In this document: positions 39,654 through 54,130 of the stretch, piece after piece
How positions within the stretch are numbered: the first letter of the stretch is position 1
How the letters are laid out: every line of letters starts with the position of its first letter
NCBI GenBank assembly: GCA_964016885.1
Contig: OZ024746.1
Location: 60,698,001 to 60,762,000 of the forward strand
Source of the DNA: Eledone cirrhosa
Taxonomy: Eukaryota
Length of the DNA: 64,000 nt
Direction of reading: 5' to 3'
The notes under the pieces: generated by a model
Told to the model about the DNA's origin: nothing
The model's input: the letters and a program-made list of their open reading frames with translations, nothing else
Databases searched by the model: none
Translations under genes and position numbers: made by a program

Positions 39654-40942
39654 TGTTCTTTGAGTCTCAGTCATTAATGTTGGTTAAATGGAAAGTTTGT
39701 TGAAATGAATATCAAGCCACTACCGGCAGCCTCAGATATTCAGGACGTATCGGAGGGTTCTTGCTGTTCCCAGCAAGCATGCCTTTTGAAGTGTTCCAAA
39801 AAGCGGGGCGGAGCCAATTTTCTTTAACCATCCCTGGAAACTCTTTGAGATAGTACCTAGTGCGCCTGTGACAATCGGGACCACTTTGACTTCATGGCAG
39901 TTCCAAATCCTTTTTACCTCCCACTTTAAGTCCTGGTATCAGTTAATTTTCTCCCTCTCCTTCTCTTGCACTCTTGTGTCAAATGGGCAGGCCACATCCA
40001 CAATCAGGCACAATCTTTTTTCCTTGTCCAAAACCACCAGGTCAGGTCTATTGTGTTCCAGTTTCTTGTCCGTCTGTATCCTAAAATCCCATAGCACCTT
40101 CACCTGATCGTTTTCTATCACTGACTCTGGCTTATGCTCATACCACTTCACAGAATGTGGTAAATTGTTTACTTTGCATAGGTGCCAGTGGATCACCCTG
40201 CCCATCACATCATGTCTCCAGCCCTTATAGTGAGTCTGGGCTAGGTGTTTACACTCGGATACAATGTGAGCCACAGTCTCCTCTCTCTCTCCACAGATCC
40301 TGCACAGTGGGCTAGCCTCCTCCTTGTAAATATGATGTTTCAGCCACTTCGTTTTGAGGGCCTGCTCTTGCGCAGCCATTAGCATTCCTTCTGTAGCCTT
40401 TTTAAGGTCTCCTCTTTTCAACCAGTTCCATGTCTGTGGATCTCTGAATTCAGTTTTCTCAAAGAAGGTACTATGAAGGGATTTTTCATGAAGGTTGCTC
40501 TTTCTCCTTGTTGTTATTTCCTCCTTGGACATCCCCTGGTCTATTGTCCTCTCCTTCAGTACAATTCTGAGCATTGGCTCCCTACTATCAGTCACATATT
40601 TGTGTAGGTTGTTTTTCTCCATCTGAACACAGTCCTCTATGCTGATAAGACCTCTTCCACCTTCAGATCTCCTTAAGTAGAGTCTATCGACATCACTCCT
40701 CTTGTGGAACATGTTGTAGATAGTCAATAGCTTCCTAGTCTTCCTATCCATTTCTTTTTGTTCAGCAACATTCCATCTCAGAATTCCTGCACTGTACCTA
40801 ATAATAGACACAGCTCGGGAATTTACTGCACTTATGGCATTCCTACTGTTCAGATGTGATTTTAATACGCTCCTTGCTCTCTGAATGTATTCAGATCTTA
40901 TCAATTCCTTCATTTTTTTGTTCTTGATGTCATCAGCCTCCT
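39652..40942 (-). mobile_element. R4/Dong-clade non-LTR retrotransposon 3' part (restriction-like endonuclease)
   Basis: RLYLRRSEGGRGL, CRIC..ETVAHIVSEC, RHD, NRPDLVV, DVACPFD; one premature TGA at 39939; (TAA)n tail in a (TTA)n tract. Confidence 0.92.
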
Positions 40943-42600
40943 AGTACCAGTAATGTACTGGGTAATTGCTGGCCTTGTGCCTAAAGTAGAAACAATTATT
41001 ATTATTATTATTATTATTATAATTCAATTGATTCCAATTGATCCATTCTAGTAATATTCAATCCTACAGATCTATATTTGTTATTCTATATATCCATTTT
41101 TGTCTTCTGTAGATCAATACTTTTCTCATTTCTCAGGTGGTGGAGCTGGCTAAGAATTTTAAAAAAAGCCAGACTAGACATTTTACAATATCCTGATCAA
41201 TGATCTGCATGTCCATAATTAAATCCAAACAAAGTGGAAAGATGCTGCACTGAGAAGGATCCGTCTAACCCATACAAGCATGGAACAAAATCTGTAAAAT
41301 GATGATGAGGATGATGATGATGAGAGTGAATTTTGTCTATCAGTCAAAGGCTAAAGAAATTATTTTAACCCTTTAGCATTTAAACTGGCTGTATCTGGCC
41401 AGAATTCTCTCACCTCTTTCTGCTCAAGCCAACCATAACTGGCCCCTCATCCCGACATTATTCTCAAAATAACTAATATCAAAATCTTGTAGATTCAATA
41501 TTATGTGAGATAATTATGTAAGATAAAGCCTTTTCAGTGAAAATACAAATGTAAATATAGAGTAATGTAAATGCTAAAGGGTTAAAGTATATCATTTTGA
41601 CTCTCTCAGTTGCCAGTTCAAATCCTATTGGGACAAACTTTGCCTTTTATCCCACAAAAAGCAGGCCCTTTTCCAAATTACAAAGTTCAAGGTAGCCAGT
41701 GCTCAACTTCAGTTTTTGTAGTATTTAGCAGTTGAGAGATAAATCTAACTCTGGATAGGATACTAATTTATCACAGGTATCACGTAATTTAGGAGGAATT
41801 TATTTCTTTAACTTTTGACTATTATAGAAACCTTTAGCATAAAATAGCTATGCTGACTGGCTATGGTAGCAAAAATGACTTTATTTCTAATCCACTTGAG
41901 ACAGCCAAGCTGTGGTCAATCTCCTAGATATGTCTTTTTACATTCTTCAAGCAATCATCGCATTCAATCCATAAACTTCAAGGAGTTCACTTAATCCTTT
42001 AGCATTTAAACCAGCTATATCCAGCCAGAATTCTCTCACCTCTTTCTGTTCAAATCGGCCACTCATACTAACATTAAGATATTGTTCTCAAAATAAATAT
42101 CAAAATCTCATAGATTTGATATTATGTGAGATAATTAAGCCTTTACTGTGAAAATACAATAGTAAATATAGAGTAATGCAAATGCTAAAGGGTTGAAGCT
42201 ATGAGGAAAATTCTTATTAATCACTGCAAAGTATTTGATTGTTATTTCAAGACCTACAATAAAGACTACCAGTAAAGCAAAGTATGCTTTTGTGTATCAT
42301 TCTGTGATAACCACCAACCAAGATATCTTTGTAAGCATAATTCCTGCAATACTACCATCACATTTACTATCTGTTTTACCAACAATTTCACACTACATAG
42401 ACACAGCAAAGTCCCCCATGAACTATACTTATTAACCCCATCAACCTCAGCCCCCTGTATACACATTCATCAAGTACAAACAATTCAGCAGCCAGTCCAA
42501 TTCAACAAGGTGACCAAACTTGTTGACATCTCTTTCATTATCTTCAAACTTTACACTTCAGAACTAGCTTCTAAACAACCACCATCATTATCTTATTGAG

Positions 42601-42782
42601 CGGTGGATTGGCAGTATTGGTAGAGGGTCGGACGCCATGCTTTCCAGCATAGTTACGTCCCTTTACGATCTGAGTTCAAATCCCGCCGAGGTTGACTTTG
42701 CCTTTCATCCTTACGGGGTCGATAAAATAAAGTACCAGTAATGCACTGGGTAATTGCTGGCCTTGTGCCTAAAGTAGAAACA
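42601..42782 (+). mobile_element. SINE family A, young copy
   Basis: 14-bp TSD ATTATCTTATTGAG; 2 differences from the 34874 copy. Confidence 0.92.
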
Positions 42783-43079
42783 ATTATCTTATTGAGTCTC
42801 TTTCTCTCAGCCTCAGTGATAAACAATAAGGTTTGTATAAATCTACAAGAGGTATTTTTTTTATCACTTAGTCAGGAGGAAGGGCAGTGCCATTGACCCA
42901 TTATTTTATTTTAAGCACTCAGTGACTGGCGAGGAGGAGGGAGGGTGGTATTCTGAAACCTGAGACCTTACAACAGAGAGGAGCCCACTAAAGACACCCA
43001 AGGGCCAGGTGGCAGTGTCAAACCAGGTAACACATTAAGTCTACTCCTGAACCCTTTAGCATTTACCTTACTCTATATA

Positions 43080-44329
43080 CAGGGTGCGGACGATATTTGT
43101 TCGCAAGATTACTGTCTAGGAAAAAATAACACAGTAGTTTTATTTTTTAAGATATATTTATCAAACTTGGGTCAGTTTGTCTTCATGACTTGTTCTTTCG
43201 ATCTCACTTGATAAACCCGCCATTGATTTTGATGACGGCCTCAAGGCGGTCTCGGAACCGGCTAGAGGCCTTCGTGCTGTCCCCCGACTTAGGCCCCTAA
43301 AGGCACTTGTGATCCTTACTTCAGATCGTCTTTCATATTGCAGTTAGATCTGTTGGTGTCTCGTTCCACTGCATCCCACACAAAGAAGTCGAGGGGGTGA
43401 AGTGTGGTCGACGAAGTTCTCTGACAGCCAGGCTTGGGTTTTTCGGCTGGTATGGCAGGGCGCTGAGTCTTGCTGCCACACGTACGGCCTACTTGCAGCT
43501 ACCTGGTCGATCCAGGGCTTTACTACCTCGCTCAGAACGCGGATGTAGCTATTGGTGTTCAGCTTGGGGCCCTCAGGGAAGAAGTAAGGTGGCATGACGT
43601 CACCTTGACTGCTGACGACACCTAAGACCAATGTTGTCGCTGGAAACTTTGTCTGCATGACTCTGGGCACGTCTTTGGATGAGACAGTGAGCCACCTTCT
43701 GGCCTTGGCAGAAGTTTTTCTCGTCGGAGAAAAACCACAGCATGTCTGGCTCCAGTGGATGTTTCAACTTGTTGATCAGCTGCTTTGCGTGCTTCAGTCG
43801 CTTTTCTTGCATCACCTTTGACAGAAACTGTCCTTTCCTCATCTTGTATGAAACGTAGCGAATGTCTTCATGTACCACCAGCCTAATGAGCTTTTCATCC
43901 ACGCCTTTCTCCCTTGCAATGGCACGTATCGACTTGCTAGGTTCATTGTTGATGATATCATGAACTTCAGCGATGAACTCGTGCGTTCTGAGGGCGTCAG
44001 ATCATCGATCATGTGTTTTCCTCTCTGATGTTGCTTCGTAGTTGAATCCTGAATCTTCCAATTCCTTTCTGACCTTTTGCACCATTCTCCTGCTGACGCT
44101 GAGAAAGTCTGAAATTTCCTTATTTGTCCACCCGGCGCGGATTCCAAGAAGAACTCCGTGTCTCTTCCACAAATTTGGAGGTTCAAAATTATTCATAATC
44201 AATTATTCTGAAATTAAATAATGGAAATATTGTCACTATTTTTATGAAGACAAGAGTGACAATGGAAGTAAAAAAAATTTGCATAAAATTAGCAGTTGAA
44301 AATTGCGAACAAATATCGTCCACACCATG
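43080..44329 (-). mobile_element. Tc1/mariner maT (DD37D)-like transposon with frameshifted transposase, nested in a TTAA MITE
   Basis: TA duplication; TIRs CAGGGTGCGGACGATATTTGTTCGCAA / TTGCGAACAAATATCGTCCACACCATG; WFFSDEKNF and WQQDSAPCH motifs. Confidence 0.92.
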
Positions 44330-47280
44330 TATACTATTGTATTTTCACGGTAAACACTTTATCTCACATAATATTGAATCTATGAGATTTTGATATTATT
44401 TATTTCAAGAACAATACCTTAATGTCAGTTTGAGGGGCCGGTTATGGCCGGTTTGAACAGAAAGGGGCCGGATATGGCTAGTTTAAATGCTAAAGGGTTC
44501 AGTGAGACATAGCAAAACTTGAGCTCAGAATGCCAAAACATGGAACAAATACCACAAGACATCCCGTCTGATTCTCTAACAATTCCACCAGATCAGCATC
44601 TTAGACTACTATTTTATTTATCAACCTTGGAAGGATTAAAGACAAAGTTGACTTTGGTAATATCATATACTGCCATGCTGATATTGTCCCTTAACCTTTT
44701 GGCATTTAAACCGGCCATATCCGGCCAGAATTCTCTCACCTCTTTCTGTTCAAACCAACTGTAACTGGCCACTCATATTGATGTTAAGGTATTGTTCTTA
44801 AAATAACTAACATCAAAATCTCATAGAGTCGATATTATGTGAGATAAAGCCTTTACTGTGAAAATACAATAGTGAATATAGAGTAATGTAAATGTTAAAG
44901 CATTAAGAGTACATTTGTTTGTGTAATACTTTCTCACCATGCTGATTGAGCCTGTTAAGAGTACATTTGCCTGTGTAATACTTTGTTATATAAACTATAA
45001 CTCAATGAGTAAGAAGTTCAGATGAATGAACAACTAGAGTGCTAACAAATGAAACCTATGGACGCTACAGTTACTTTATTATATTCTATCTTATGCTATT
45101 TGAAGCTTAAGCAATAAAATATAAAGTAATGGTTTGTTGTTGTTTTACCTTCAGACATATTATATTCAAAACTATATCATCCAATATGTTCTTTTTTTTT
45201 TTTTAGACAGTAAGGTAATTTGAGAATAATTTGGTTACTGTTTCTAGCAAGTCAAGACCCTATGTAGTTCTACACTTGAGCTACTAGACTACTGATCATA
45301 TGATCATACTAGCTACATAATTTTACTTGCTTTGGTAAGTCTAACTTCGATTAGCCTTGCTTTGGTGAGCCTAACAGATTTAATATCTATACCATATTTA
45401 AGTCGTTTGTAATAAAAAGTGAATTTCTATCATAAAATCAGTTGCACCAAAAATAGCAAATTCGCACATAAATCACTCCACCTAAACAAGAGTAGGAAAT
45501 TGGGAAATAATCTAGACAAAATAATGATTTCTACTATAAGCACAAGGCCAGCAATTTGGGGAAAGAAGAAAGTCAATTAAATCAACCCTAGTGCATAACT
45601 GGTACTTTAGTTTATCGACCCCACAAGGATGAAAGGCAAAGCTAGCCTTGGCAGGATTTGAAATCAGAACGTTAAGGGCTGTAACTCTATGCCGTAAAGC
45701 ATATTGTCCGATGCTCTACCGATACTGCCAATCCATGAAAACATATGTATAATGAAAATGATTCATAGAATGTGTTCAGGTAAATTAGATTAAGATTATG
45801 GTTTTCTAAAATTATGAATCATTAACCAAGTGACAATGAAGTATGCAATAAAGCGATTGTAAAGTATGGATGAAGATAGGCTTACATGAATACATATTTA
45901 AATCAAAAGAAGCTTTGATCAACTGAAAGGGTTAGAAGCTTGGACCATACAAGCTTAAATTAATAGAATCACAGATCAGACATGTCTGTGTGGCTAAGAA
46001 ATTTACTTCTCAATCTACTATCACAGATTATATAAACCTATGCTGATTTAAGTCTGTCTAAGTGTCAACCGAAGCTTTAGATCTAAGCCTATTTATTGCT
46101 TATGAGTTTTTAACCTAAACGCATATTGGCATAAGCTTATTTTATTCAAAAGATTTAGTTGATCTAAGCTCATATTGATGTAAACCTGTATTGATCTAGG
46201 TTGTTTTATCTAATACCTAGACTTAACTCAACAGAAGCTAATATAAAGCTTAGATGAAAGCAGTAGTATCATAAACCTGCGAGTTAACTCAACCAGAAGT
46301 TTAATGAATACAAGCAGAGCTCAAATCAATGACAGCTGAGTTCAAGACTCTTACATCAACTGTAGCTTAGGTTATTACAGACGTGGATCAACACAGAATT
46401 ACATTAACAATGTTTCCACTAGCAAAAGCTTAAACTCATTCAGATGTATGTTAACTAAAACTCAATCAAAACTTAGATCAATAAAAACTGAAACATACAC
46501 AAGCTTTTAGGATTGTAGGAATCAAGGGGTAAAGGCTTAATATGAACACAGATTACCACTGGTTCAGATCAATAAATGATGAATGGGTAGGTTAACATAT
46601 GTTTTAGTAACAAAGTTAAATCAACACATGTTTAGATTAAACAAACTTAGAATAATAGAAGCTTAGTTCATAGAAGTGTTAGTTCACAAGCTGAAAGCAA
46701 CACAGTTGCACTAACTATATGCTTATAATAGCTGACGCTAAGATCAATGAGATTTTATATATCAAAAGATGTTTAGATCAACCCAGATGAAGATGAACAC
46801 AGGTTTCATTTAATACAGAAGCATAGCTGAAAGCTTGAGTTGGTCTGTATCTGTATTGAAATAAACATATATTCATGTAAACCTAGTAATCTTAGTTTTT
46901 GTTGGTTTACATCTGTATTATTTTAAACTTTTATTTATAGAGTGTGAATAAGCTTAAGCAAAATAGCTTTAGATTAATATGGGATTAGATGAATAGGAGC
47001 ATAGACTAACACATAGACATATCAATACATGCTGAATCAAGAATCTTAGATGGTATCAACAGAGACTAGGTTTGGATATATAAAAACAAAATCAATTTGG
47101 ATTAACAGAACTTAGATCAATTTAAGGTAACATCAATACAATTTTAGATACAGGTTTAGGTCAACATATAGCAGTAATTTGAACTCTTGGCAAAGTAGAT
47201 CAGTGTGATCACATGCTGACCTTGTAGCACAAAGATGTTCAGTTTTTCTTTGTCTCAAACTGGTGCCAGTTATTCTAGAG

Positions 47281-47502
47281 AAAAGGTTCTCAACATGGGG
47301 GGGGGGGTGTATATATCCCCCCCCCCCTCCCCGGTGGGCGTTGCAGAGCTCCAAGGGGCGTTTTGGAGCAAAGGGACATTAGGGAGACGGTTGAAATTTG
47401 GTGGGGCGTTAGGAGGGCACTGGAAGTTACTTAGGTAACTTTTATAAGCCATATTTGTACATCTCTGATGGGTGTATCCAGATACAGAAAAAAAGTAAAG
47501 TG

Positions 47503-47541
<39 letters not shown>

Positions 47542-48027
47542 AGAAGAGGGGTCTCAAACTCAAGGACATAAAAGGGCCATTACATCCTGGAGGAGAGGCA
47601 CAGTGGGCCAAATGTGGTGGTGGGTGATGATTTTCACCAGTTATAATCATGTCAACTATAGGCACAAGGCATGAAATTTAGGGTTTGGGGCCTAGTCGAT
47701 TAAATCGATTCGAGTTCATAACTGGTACTTAATTTATTGACTCCAAAAGGATGAAAGGCTAAGTTGAGATCGGCGAAATTTGAACTCGGAAATTAAAAAC
47801 GGAAGAAATACCACTAAGAATTTCGACAGATGTGCTAATTCCACCAGCTCACCACTTTATTTTCACCAGTTATAATGGAATCTGAAATATTGGTTCTACC
47901 ACGGGCCATAGAAAAGTAGTTCGCGGGCCGCATGTTTGAGCCCCCGGTTGGAGATAGATAGATAGATAGACGTGTACCAAACACACACACACACACACAT
48001 TTCTTACTCTCTCTGTCCCTCCCTCTT

Positions 48028-48062
<35 letters not shown>

Positions 48063-50112
48063 CTCGGTCTTGAGGGCGGCCGACTGAGGTGGAAGCTGCT
48101 AAATAGTCAGTCATCCTCTTGTCTCTGATTTTCAGCCCCATGGATTTTATCTGTTATATTCCTTTGTTATATTTTGAATACCTGATGATGTCACCGGATT
48201 CATACTGAAACCTGTCATTGAAATGATCATAGTATAATAAACCTTTCAAGGATTTACACCAGTCCAGCCTCCTGTTATTTTATAATAATTAACTCACACC
48301 ACCAACTACAGTAACGAAGACAGGTGAGTTGCATTACGTTGAGTGCTCTCCATAATATTACATTGAGGTTGACCATACGGAACGACCAGTTCTATCCAGT
48401 GGTGAACCAACAAACCTAAATATATATATAAGCTGTACCTTGAAATCAAAAGGACTGATCCTGAAATCTATAACGCTTTCCTACAATCAGACCTGGACAC
48501 AATGCAGCAATGGATCACAGACTGGCAACTGAAGCTGGCTGTGGACAAGTGTACCACCATGCATTTTGGGAGGAAAAATCCAGCGTCCACATACTCCCTC
48601 CACAACACTGATATCAAGAAGTCCTCTTGTGAACGTGACCTGGGCATTACTGTCAGCAGCGATTTGCGTTGGACAAAGCATGTCTCTAAGATTGTCAAGA
48701 AGGCCGAGGGTGTCTTGGCATCACTCAGCAAGACCTTTGTTAGCTGCTCTCCAGCCATCTATTTAAAACTGTATATAGCTATGGTACGACCACACTTGTA
48801 ATTCGCATCATCAGTTTGGAACCCCTATCTTGCTCAGAACATTGACCGCCTGGAAACTGTTCAGAGATGTGCAACCAAGCGCATACCCTCCATCAGACAC
48901 CTACCATACTCTGAACGCCTTGCTTCCCTGGGCATGAATTCATTGAAGCTCCGACGTCTGGCAATGGACTTGGTAAATACCCACAAAGTTATTAACCATC
49001 TCGCCAACAACAACCCTCAGCACCTTTTTGATCACCATCTGTCTAACACACATGGACATGCCTACAAAATCAGAAAACAGCACAGCTCCCATGACTTTCG
49101 TAGACATTTTTTCATGCTCAGAGTTGCTGAAGCATGGAACAAACTGCCTGCGTCAGTTGTTAGCTGCCGAGACACTGCATCCTTTAAGACACTCATGCTT
49201 CCCGAAATATGCCAAAACTACACCTGATGTACCCCTTCCATACACATGCACACGTGTATATCATGACTCATACACTGTTCATTTTCCTGACGTTTGTACA
49301 TTACCCTATGTACTATACATACACTTTTTGATGAGTTGTAGTGCACCTGAGCACTGTACAGAATATTTCATTATTATTATTATATATATACATATATATA
49401 TATGGCGTTGTTATTTGACGTTGAAAAGAGCAGTGGCTTTTGACCCGGCAATAAAAACTGGAGACAAAATTCTTTCTGTACCAAAAACAAGGCACACACA
49501 GACACACACACAAGTTTGTTTGTGTGTGTGTGTGTGTTAGTGTGTGCACGTGTATGTGTATGTGTGTATCTATGTATATATATATAAGGGATACAGATAT
49601 TGTTTGCTCAGTCACTAAGCATCTCAATTCATTCGGTGCAACTAAGTTTGTGATCAAGGCACTTTATTTTGCAAGGTACTATTTTTCCCTTGAGTTTGTG
49701 ATTCAAGAGAAAGGTAAGAAATTCTTCATATTTTGCATCTTTTGTATTTTGATTTTACAGTTTGAATTGTAGAACTGTCTATCCACTCAAAATATTATAA
49801 CAGCTAACAGTGAAATATAGAATTTAAAAAAAAAAGCTTTTTCGACTGAGATCAAATCTTTGAGAACATTCACGTCTTTTTTTTTTTAAAATATATAATT
49901 TGAAATAGCTTGCTTTTGTTTTGTACTGAAACTTTTTGTATTTAATTCGTACGAGTATTTTTTAAAGATTCTAACATAACTTGATTTGGGCCAGTAATCT
50001 ACTGATATTAAAATCAGTAGTATATTGAAAAATAGAAAAATAGGGTAGGAGGCGTTTCGTGATTTTGAGGGGAAAAAGGGGGTGTTTGGCCGAAATGGGT
50101 TGAGAACCTTTG
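47281..50112. mobile_element. hAT non-autonomous element with nested insertions
   Basis: Perfect 8-bp TSD TTCTAGAG; TIR AAAGGTTCTCAAC / GTTGAGAACCTTTG. Confidence 0.85.
48430..49381 (+). mobile_element. CR1 3' fragment
   Basis: Paralogous to about 34000-35140, with (ATT)n tail. Confidence 0.9.
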
Positions 50113-50559
50113 TTCTAGAGAAACTGGCTAACTAAAGATTTTTTGAGATAACACTTTGAGGGGACAAAAGCTGCTCCCAGTCAATTGTACAGTTGCAGAG
50201 TTTCTACCAACCAGCTAAGATGTAGTGGTCAACTGTCTCACACCATACCCCTTTGGAGGTCTCTCTTTCTCTCTCTCTCTCTCTTTGCTTTTCTCTCACT
50301 CTTTGCTTTTCTCTCACTCTTTCTCTCTCTCACTGCCAGGCCAACAAAATTCATCACATCCACAGATGTTTGGTAAATACATTTTTAATAATATATTTGC
50401 AAACAACACGCATACACATCATACCTGATACACAACATCACACAATTCAACTCTGGTTATTTATTCTTCTTGTATTGTTGTATAACTTCAGTGAAAGTCA
50501 TATTTAATAAATTAGTAACATAGCAGCTTGTGTTACTGTGGTCGATGTATTTCATTTCC

Positions 50560-51970
50560 TATTACAAAGGTAAAGGCGATGCATACAAAGGTAAAGGCGA
50601 TGCACTAGATAGAGGAAATTATAGAGGTATAAAGTTGATGGACCAGGTCATGAAAGTAACAGAAAGAGTTATAGCACAGTTGATTAGGGACTGGGTGAAA
50701 ATAGACGAGATACAATTTGGGTTTGTACCAGGAAGAGGCACCACTGATGCCCTCTTCCTTGTGAGGCAATTACAGGAAAAGTACCTAGCTAAAAGTAAGC
50801 CACTCTACTTGGCATTTGTCAACCTTGAGAAAGCCTTTGACAGAGTTCCACGTGCTGTAATCTGGTGAGCTCTTAGAAAACTAGGAGTAGATGAATGGCT
50901 TGTGAAAGCGGTACAAGCCATGTATAGGGGAGCAGTCAGCAAAGTTAGGATTAGCAATGAGTATAGCGAGGAATTTAGCGTACAGGTTGGGGTCCACCAG
51001 GGCTCTGTTCTTAGCCCCCTCCTGTTCATCATAGTCCTGCAGGCAATAACGGAGGAGAACTCCTGTATGCTGATGACCTCGCACTCATAGCTGAATCTAT
51101 GGTAGAACTAGAGAATAAATTCCAAACTTGGAAGCAGGGACTAGAAAGAAAGGGTCTCAAAGTCAACATGACAAAGACTAAGGTCCTTGTAAGTATATGA
51201 GAAAACAGAACCCAGATCCCCTCAGGGAAATGGCCTTGCTCAGTATGTAGGAAAGGTGTAGGTAGGAACTCCATTCTCTGCCCCAAATGCAAACAATAGA
51301 TACACAAGAGATGTAGCAGGATCTCAGGAAGCTTAATTAAGAATGTAGGATTCACATGCAGCAGCTGTGCTAAGACAGCAAGCAGCAAACAGCCACAGGA
51401 AACAAGTACCACCAATCTCTGGGAGGGCTCTGTAGAAACAGTAGACAGCTTCTGCTACCTAGGTGACCGAATTAGCAGCGGAGGTGGGTGTTCAGAAAGT
51501 ACAATAACTAGGGTAAGAACGGGATGGAAGAAGTTCAGGGAGCTACTGCCACTGCTAGCTGCAAAAGGCTTCTCCCTCAGAATGAAAGGCAGACTGCATG
51601 ATGCGTGTATCCGAACAGCAATGTTGCATGGTAGTGAGACCTGGGCGCTGAAGGTGGAAGACTTACGTAGATTAGAGAGAAACAAAGCCTGCATGCTCCG
51701 ATGGATGTGTAACAGTAATATACGTGAACGACAAAGCATAAATGAATTGAGAGAGAGACTGAGCATAAGAGGAATCAAATGCTGTGTGCAGGAGAGGCGG
51801 ATGCGTTGGTATGGACATGTGATGCGTATGAAGGATGACAGCTGCATAAAAAGATGCAGAGCACTAGAAGTTGATGGAAACCATGGAGTGGGGAGACCCA
51901 AGATGACCTGGGATGAGGTGATAAAAGCCGACCTTACCCAATTACACCTCTCAAAGGCAATGACAGAAAT
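50560..51970 (+). mobile_element. RTE LINE, RT to C-terminus fragment
   Basis: GDALDRGNYRGIKL, QGSVLSPLLF, PHD-like insert, MLHGSETW, GRPKMTW. Confidence 0.92.
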
Positions 51971-54067
51971 TCATCTGCTCAGTGATATATCAACATCATC
52001 ACCTCATACTGTTTAAGCTCCAGCTAAATGGATCTACCAGGTTGAGGAAATAGGAGCCAGATAGGAGAGCTTTAACCCTTTAGCCGTATCTGACCAGAAT
52101 TCTCTCACTTCTTTCTGTTCAAACCGGCCGTAACTAGCCAATCATACTGATCTTAAGGTATTGTTCTCAAAATAAATAACATCAAAATCTCATAGATTCG
52201 ATATTATGTGAGATAATTATGTGAGGTAAAGCCTTTACCGTGAAAATACAATAATATATATAAAGTAATGTAAATGGTAAAGGGTTAAGGGGTGGATGAG
52301 GACTGATGAGCTCATTCATTCCCAAGGAGTGCAACTGACAGATATCAAAGGTACTACTTCTTCCCACAATCCTTTAAGGTCAGTTTTGAAATAATGTTTT
52401 TCAAATCCTTTCACTCTGTTTTCAAAGCAACAGTAGATAACACTATGCCCAGTATTGAAATAACTTTTCTTTAGATCATTTCACTCTCTTTGAAATAATG
52501 TTTCTTTAAATTCTGGATAATAGTATGCCTATGAATAATGTTTCTACAAATTACTTTACTCTATTTTAAAAACTAAACATTAGATAACACCATGTCCAGT
52601 ATTGAAATAAACATTGGAATAATATTCCTTTAAATCCTGGATAACAGTACGTTGGTATTGAAATAATGTTTCTTCTAATCCCTTCGCTTTATTTTCAAAG
52701 CAACAATAAACAACACTATGCCCAGTATTAAAACAACAAGTCTTTAAATTGTTTCAATCTCTTTGAAATAATGTTTCTTTAAATCATAGATAAAGGTAAA
52801 TAGTAAAGACCCCCTTTGGTCACAATGACCATGAGATATGTACCTAGAAAGTTTCCCCTCTGAGGCACAAATCCAGGCAAGGTTGTTTGTGGAAGACCAG
52901 CAGTTGCCCATGCATACCAGCCTCCCCTCTCCATGCCACCAATGATGTCCAAGGGAAAGGCAATGGCCAATACAGCTTGACACCAGTGATGGCGCAACTC
53001 ATTTCTACAGCTGAGTAAACTGGAGCAACATGAAATAAAGTGTCAACGCATCACCCGGTCTGAGAATCAAACTCACAACCTTCCAATTGCAAACTCAATA
53101 CTCTAACCACTAAGCCATGCGCCTTCACTTAGATAAAAGTACATCGGTATTAATATAATTTTTGTTCATACTACTTTACTCTATTTAAGAAAAAAAAAAA
53201 ATAATAATGTTATGTCCAGTGGGTAACAACACCTCTACTTTTGAAATAATGTTCCTTTAACTAGTGTTTAAACTGGCCATATCCAGCCAGAATTCTCTCA
53301 CCTCTTTCTGTTCAAACCAGCTGTAACCGGCCCTTCATACTGACTTTAAGGTATTATTCTCAAAATAAATAATGTCAAAATATTATAGATTCAATATTAT
53401 GTGAAATAATTATGTGAGACAAAGCCTTTACTGCGAAAATACAACAGTAAATATATAATAATGTAAATACTAAAGGGTTAAATCCTGATAGAGCCTAATT
53501 ATTAAAAAAATAATTGTTTCTACTTTAGGCACAAGGCCAGCAATTACCCAGAGCATTACTGGTACTTTATTTTATCGACCTGGTAAGGATGAAAGGCAAA
53601 GTCAACATCGGCGGGATTAAAAAAATAATGGGAGTTGTTTCCCTTGCTTGGTCTAAGAATAAATGTTAGCTAAACCCTTTTTCTTCATCACTACTGCTGT
53701 GGTTATTTTTATTTAAAACGTTGGAAATAATCTAACTTACTTTTTTGAAATACACAATTTTACACAAGGAGGTTGTTAAATCAACATATGCTTGCGTCAT
53801 CAGAAATATAAATTTCCAGAGGATCAGAAGTTTACATAAATATAGTTCCAAATAAACTGGCTTAGATCAATGGAAATTTTCATTAACAGTAGCTTAGATC
53901 AATATATGTTTAGTTCAAATTCAGGACTAGGTTAAGCTTTGACATAGGTTTAAATCATCAAAATCTTTATCATATGTTAGTCAAAGGCGGAAGGGCAATA
54001 CCCATGGCTTTATCAGGCCCTAAAAGATTTGAAACTGATTGAAACTGAGGGAGATTTATTTATTTGA

Positions 54068-54069
<2 letters not shown>

Positions 54070-54130
<61 letters not shown>

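Noticed and set aside
48170-48225. Second hammerhead (CTGATGA...GAAACCTGTC) in a (TA)n-bounded unit
   Set aside because: Core words are present but stems I and II do not pair; at most a decayed relic
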